From NCBI GenBank assembly GCA_002449265.1, contig DKCV01000025.1:79955-143954 (forward strand): a stretch of 64,000 nucleotides of DNA, read 5' to 3'. The translations under genes were made by a program, and so were the position numbers. The notes beneath the pieces were generated by a model, which did not search any database, was not told the DNA's origin, and saw only the letters and a program-made list of their open reading frames with translations. The DNA comes from Bacillales bacterium UBA6865. Its GTDB lineage: Bacteria > Bacillota_I > Bacilli_A > RFN20 > CAG-826. Numbering within the stretch: the first letter of the stretch is position 1; every line of letters starts with the position of its first letter. Positions 60,028 to 64,000 of the stretch are shown here, one piece after another.

Positions 60028-63000
60028 TTATTTCTCTGATGGATTATTAAGAGCTGAAGCCGCTCCCTTTCTCTTTGTATCATCTCTTTCTTTTCTTAAA
60101 GAGCGATCCGTGATATCACCTGATTGAATTGAATTATTCGCTAAAGACAAATTCTTCTCTTTTTTGAGCGTGAGCAATAAAGCTATCGCGAAGAATAATT
60201 CTAAGCCTACGAACAAGACATTAATTCCGGCTAAAGCGGGAATCCACCAACGGAATACTTGAGCGCTTTCTTTAATCCCTAAGTCCACCCCAGCATTCAT
60301 CGCCGTGTAATAGGTATTACAAATTGTATAGAGAAGATTATGAGCCGATCTTCTCGCACAAACCCAAGAAGAATCAAGAGATTTGTTCAAGCCGTTATCG
60401 CAGCGATTATCGTCACGCGGATTAAGCCAAATGTCATTGCCAGCATGTACACCTTGATTGACCGTCATATCACTAGCGCCCTCACACCAATCGGTAATGA
60501 CAACGCCTTTAAATTTCCATTCCTTCCGCAAAATCGTTTGGATTAAGGCATAATTTCCGCCCGTCCAAGTCGCACCAAGACGATTGAAGGCACTCATAAT
60601 GCCATTTGCTCCGCCTTTTACGGCCTTTTCAAATGGCTTCAGATAGTTTTCACGGAGGTTTTGCTCTGTAAGCCAAACGTTTAGCTTACGGGCATTAATA
60701 CCAGCTTCGCTGAGAACAAAGTGCTTTAAGAAACAATACGTTCCTTTTTCTTTTGCTCCTTCAATGACTTTATTAGCTAGCGCTCCAGATAGAGTAGCAT
60801 CCTCACTATAATATTCGAAATTTCTACTATTGAAGGCAGATCGATGGAGATTCACACCCGGACCATATATTCCGCTTACCCCCGTGGCGGTGCCTTCTTG
60901 ACCATACGCCATTCCCATTAATTCAGCGACTTGCGTAGACCAAGTTTGCCCAATAAGAGTCTCGTTAGGGAAAGCTGTCCATGAACTCTTCTTTTCAGAA
61001 CCGATTAATCCCCCATTGTCATTAAAACCAGCTGGGCCATCCAAATCCACTAAGGCGGGCTTCCCAATGGTTTCGGCAGCATCATTCCCATATCCACTGC
61101 CTTCCACGAATGTTTGCAATTCGTCTTCACTTAATTGATCCAGAAGCGTGTCCCACTCACTAGCGTTATAGTTCTCGCCAAGTTTATTTAAGAGGTCTTT
61201 ATTCCATTTTAGCCCTTTGCCAGTCTTTAAATCATCCAAGCTAGCTTTACTTCCATCTTCTTTGGTCGCGAGTAGAAGCGGAGCATCGCTTTTTACGCCT
61301 TGAGTTGGTTTATTCTGTCCGGCGTAAGCTGCAGTTTCCACATATTTAGTCGCATAATCCAAAACGGAGGTGATGCTTCTATTATCTGTCGCGACAGTTG
61401 GATAGGTGAGAGCAAAATCGTTACGAGAAAGATAAACGATGGATTTTCCAGCGTTGCTGCCATCAATCGGGCAATTTGCATAAGCGGTATCGTTAATGTA
61501 TTTTCCATCCGCATCAAATTTGCCAAAACGATTAGAAATGATAGCTTTTGTCTTAGGGTCGCGTTTGAAAAGAAGGTGATTCTCGCAGTTCAAAGTAATT
61601 TTGTTATTGCTATCCCCATAAGCAGTATGGGCGTTTTGCATAAGCTTAATTTCATATTCACCCTTCTCTAATTCATAACCAGCAAAACCATTCTTATTCT
61701 TATCGTAAGCGTCGTAACTAGCCATATCATAGCTAGAGAAAGTCAATGCGTATTCCTTTTCTTCTCCTGGTTTAAGAGAATCCGTTTTCTTAAAGGCAAG
61801 CAAATTCACATAAGACTTTTCGATGCCGCCTTTGGTGTACGGGGCGGTGTAATAAAGCTGAATCAAATCTTTCCCTTCAATAGTAGACGTATTCTTTACT
61901 TTTACTTTGACCGAAATATCAGTTCCCTTTTGCAAAGAGGATGCAGAGGGGGATAAATCATAAGAGACTATCTCTTGATGAAAGGAAGAATAAGACAAAC
62001 CATACCCAAATGGATATTGAACGACATCATCGTAAGTTTTTGAGAATTTCGTCGCAAAGAAATTTTCATGGGCTGCCGTTTCGTACCACTTATAGCCAAC
62101 ATAAATATCTTCAGTGTAATGAATATGATCGCCATTCCGCAAAGCATTCGGATAAGAAGGGTTTTCGGTCACATCATAAATATAAGTATCCGTGAGTTTG
62201 CCACTTGGATTGACCTTACCTTCAAGGATCTTTGCGAGCGCTTTTGTTCCAGATTGACCAGGATAATTAATGAGCAACGCCCCGGAAATTTTCTCATTAT
62301 TTAAGAATCCTAGCTCCATTTGATTCCCGGTATTCAGTAAAACGATTGTTTTAGAGAAGTTTTCGCTCACTAAGTTAATCAAATTTTCTTCTTCAACACT
62401 GAGTTCTAGATAATGCCTAGATTCATCCGTGGCGCCATCCTTATTTTGCGTAAAAGGTATCTCGACTGTTCCGCTTTGGATTTCGGTAGCAAAGCGAGAA
62501 ATAGTAACAACGGCGACATTAGAGAAATCTTTTGCGTTCTCTAATAAGGTCTTCCCGTTATTGCCAACCTTTTCGTAAAAATCAGTTTTTGGTTCAACAA
62601 GCGTAAATCCTTTTCTGGTGTTTTTGAATGCTTTATAAGCATCCAATAATTCGGTATTGACGGAAAATCCTTCTGATTCAAGCCCTTTTTGCAAAGATAT
62701 TTTCTTTTCTTCGTTAACTGTTACAGAAGAACTTCCACCTCCGCCATAATAAAAGGCATTTTCTTGGGAACTATAGCCAAAAAGGTTAATCTTCTTTTCG
62801 TTGTCTTTCAAAGGAAGAGCATTATCTTTGTTTTTCAGCAAAACAATGCCTTCTTCTGAAATCTTTTGTACCGCTTCATCACTGCTAGATAAGGCTAATT
62901 GAGCTTCATCACTAGAGAAGTCGGTATTGCTATTACATAGGGTTTTTGTGATAAATGAACTATATTTTGCACAAACGAAATCGCCGACGATCAAGCCAAT

Positions 63001-63063
63001 CACAAGAAGTGTATTGATCGATAATCCAACGATAAAACCAATCTTTTTCTTAGATTTCTTCAT
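60028..63063 (-). CDS. Glycoside hydrolase family 3 enzyme with permuted domain order and N- and C-terminal TM helices
   Basis: GH3 C-domain-like aa ~65-300 (GIVLLKN..LPL, ALLINYPGQSGTKALAKILEGKVNPSGKL), Fn3-like aa ~385-480, then catalytic-domain motifs KHFVL, GIMSAFN and KGVVITDW (Asp858). TM helices at aa ~9-31 and ~940-966. Confidence 0.85.
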   Translation of the reverse strand: MKKSKKKIGFIVGLSINTLLVIGLIVGDFVCAKYSSFITKTLCNSNTDFSSDEAQLALSSSDEAVQKISEEGIVLLKNKDNALPLKDNEKKINLFGYSSQENAFYYGGGGSSSVTVNEEKKISLQKGLESEGFSVNTELLDAYKAFKNTRKGFTLVEPKTDFYEKVGNNGKTLLENAKDFSNVAVVTISRFATEIQSGTVEIPFTQNKDGATDESRHYLELSVEEENLINLVSENFSKTIVLLNTGNQMELGFLNNEKISGALLINYPGQSGTKALAKILEGKVNPSGKLTDTYIYDVTENPSYPNALRNGDHIHYTEDIYVGYKWYETAAHENFFATKFSKTYDDVVQYPFGYGLSYSSFHQEIVSYDLSPSASSLQKGTDISVKVKVKNTSTIEGKDLIQLYYTAPYTKGGIEKSYVNLLAFKKTDSLKPGEEKEYALTFSSYDMASYDAYDKNKNGFAGYELEKGEYEIKLMQNAHTAYGDSNNKITLNCENHLLFKRDPKTKAIISNRFGKFDADGKYINDTAYANCPIDGSNAGKSIVYLSRNDFALTYPTVATDNRSITSVLDYATKYVETAAYAGQNKPTQGVKSDAPLLLATKEDGSKASLDDLKTGKGLKWNKDLLNKLGENYNASEWDTLLDQLSEDELQTFVEGSGYGNDAAETIGKPALVDLDGPAGFNDNGGLIGSEKKSSWTAFPNETLIGQTWSTQVAELMGMAYGQEGTATGVSGIYGPGVNLHRSAFNSRNFEYYSEDATLSGALANKVIEGAKEKGTYCFLKHFVLSEAGINARKLNVWLTEQNLRENYLKPFEKAVKGGANGIMSAFNRLGATWTGGNYALIQTILRKEWKFKGVVITDWCEGASDMTVNQGVHAGNDIWLNPRDDNRCDNGLNKSLDSSWVCARRSAHNLLYTICNTYYTAMNAGVDLGIKESAQVFRWWIPALAGINVLFVGLELFFAIALLLTLKKEKNLSLANNSIQSGDITDRSLRKERDDTKRKGAASALNNPSEK

Positions 63064-63066
63064 AAA

Positions 63067-64000
63067 TTATTCTCCATAATAAGCAATTGCGACATTCTTG
63101 ATGTTGATCGTAGCTTCTTGATTATCTGTCCAAGCGGTTCGATATTTGTTTTGGTATAAAATTTCATCCTTAGACTTCGTTTTTAAGGTAATGACATTAT
63201 CACCTTCCTTTAATTCAAGGTCTTTAGCAACAACCGCTTTTGTGTAATGACCTAAAACGTAAACGGAAGATGTTATTCCTTGCTGTTGGAAATCACTAGG
63301 CAAAGTAATTCCATCGAATTTAGCATCGCTTAAGAATGAAGTATCCGTTCCATTGACATTTAATGTCATGAATTTATCGGCGTACATGTCAAAACTTTCT
63401 TTGACAAAATCTACTTCTTTGCCATCTTTATCCTTCCCTTTCACTCTTTCGGCGTTTGAACATTGGGAAGCACCGACGATGGACAAACTATATTTTCCAG
63501 CATATGGAGCATAGACATGGTATTTAAGTTCTGTATCTGCTTTTAGATCACCAATTGTACCGGACGACCATATCGAAAAATTCTTATTACTATCTGAAGC
63601 GTTTTCCAAATAATATTGCGATGAATCGTCTTTTTTCGCTCCTCCAGCAAAGCTAAACGTTTTATGAACGGTTATGGTCAAGTTCGCACTGAGGGAACCG
63701 CAAGAGATTTTGATTTGCTTTTGCTCCGTTTTGCTATCGCTAGAATCAAGCCTCAGTTCATTTAAATTTGCCGTAATGTTTTTCGTAACGTTGACATCGC
63801 CGCAAGTGCAAACGCCATCAACTTCTATTCCTTCTAAATTTGGTATTTCGCCCTCTTCATAATCGACATTTGTTGGGTTTTTAACGATTTTTATGCTAGA
63901 GAAACTATGTTTGGCCTCGTCTTTTTTATCCCCGCAAATTAAGCATTCTTGCCAATGGCTATCCTCGTCTTTCATCAGTTGGTAACTATGGGTATGCTCA
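63067..64000 (-). CDS. Putative surface carbohydrate-binding / beta-sandwich protein; 5' end outside the window
   Basis: Frame stays open to base 64000 upstream of the listed Met. HW.EC.ICG...H motif, then beta-rich CBM-like sequence. The stop lies 3 nt before the GH3 start. Confidence 0.45.
   Translation of the reverse strand, partial: EHTHSYQLMKDEDSHWQECLICGDKKDEAKHSFSSIKIVKNPTNVDYEEGEIPNLEGIEVDGVCTCGDVNVTKNITANLNELRLDSSDSKTEQKQIKISCGSLSANLTITVHKTFSFAGGAKKDDSSQYYLENASDSNKNFSIWSSGTIGDLKADTELKYHVYAPYAGKYSLSIVGASQCSNAERVKGKDKDGKEVDFVKESFDMYADKFMTLNVNGTDTSFLSDAKFDGITLPSDFQQQGITSSVYVLGHYTKAVVAKDLELKEGDNVITLKTKSKDEILYQNKYRTAWTDNQEATINIKNVAIAYYGE

Noticed and set aside
1-64000. Alternative genetic code (TGA = Trp, Mycoplasma-type)
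   Set aside because: Genes end cleanly at TGA next to downstream starts (e.g. 'gag tgg tga' at 35899-35907, and the ATGA overlaps at 21129-21132 and 23661-23664). Trp is encoded by TGG throughout the conserved motifs.
1-64000. CRISPR arrays, IS elements, integrases, prophage or conjugative modules
   Set aside because: I saw no regularly spaced direct repeats and no ORFs with transposase (DDE), tyrosine/serine recombinase, capsid, terminase or relaxase features. The only tandem repeat is the 2 x 10 bp at 6111-6130.

Overview
AT-rich, gene-dense chromosomal segment with about 60 CDS and 6 tRNAs. It comes from a low-GC Bacillota / Mollicutes-like bacterium using the standard code (TGA = stop, e.g. 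'tgg tga' at 35902-35907; Trp = TGG). Most genes are housekeeping or transport: coaD-rsmD-ylbF-like cluster, def, RNase J, maf, addAB, hpf, metK, pduL, mgtE, pgi, an ABC-F ATPase, five ABC transporter loci, TetR and ROK regulators, and several HAD/Nudix/CYTH/histidine-phosphatase enzymes. There is also a membrane GT2 coupled to an ABC-2 exporter, a domain-permuted GH3 glycosidase with TM helices at both ends, a Val-Tyr-Gln-Lys-Leu tRNA cluster and a solitary tRNA-Leu(GAG). The stand-out accessory locus lies at 7.7-15.7 kb. It encodes a 1978-aa polypeptide that fuses an N-terminal beta-rich region, a transglutaminase/papain-like module, a DUF4011-type region, a UPF1-like SF1 helicase with a roughly 620-aa insertion, a Vsr/DUF559-fold nuclease module and a DUF3320-type tail. 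A stop-start coupled 165-aa ORF follows it, and a divergent 485-aa repeat/acidic/zinc-ribbon ORF faces it. I rate this locus the best candidate for an uncharacterised nucleic-acid surveillance (defence-like) system. This is inference from domain logic, since no mobile-element markers flank it. A second, window-wide signal is that at least ten operon-first genes have a (often TG-extended) -10 box 6-8 nt upstream of the start codon and no Shine-Dalgarno sequence, which implies frequent leaderless mRNAs. I saw no CRISPR array, rRNA, transposase, integrase or prophage genes. All family assignments come from motif recognition by eye; no searches were run.
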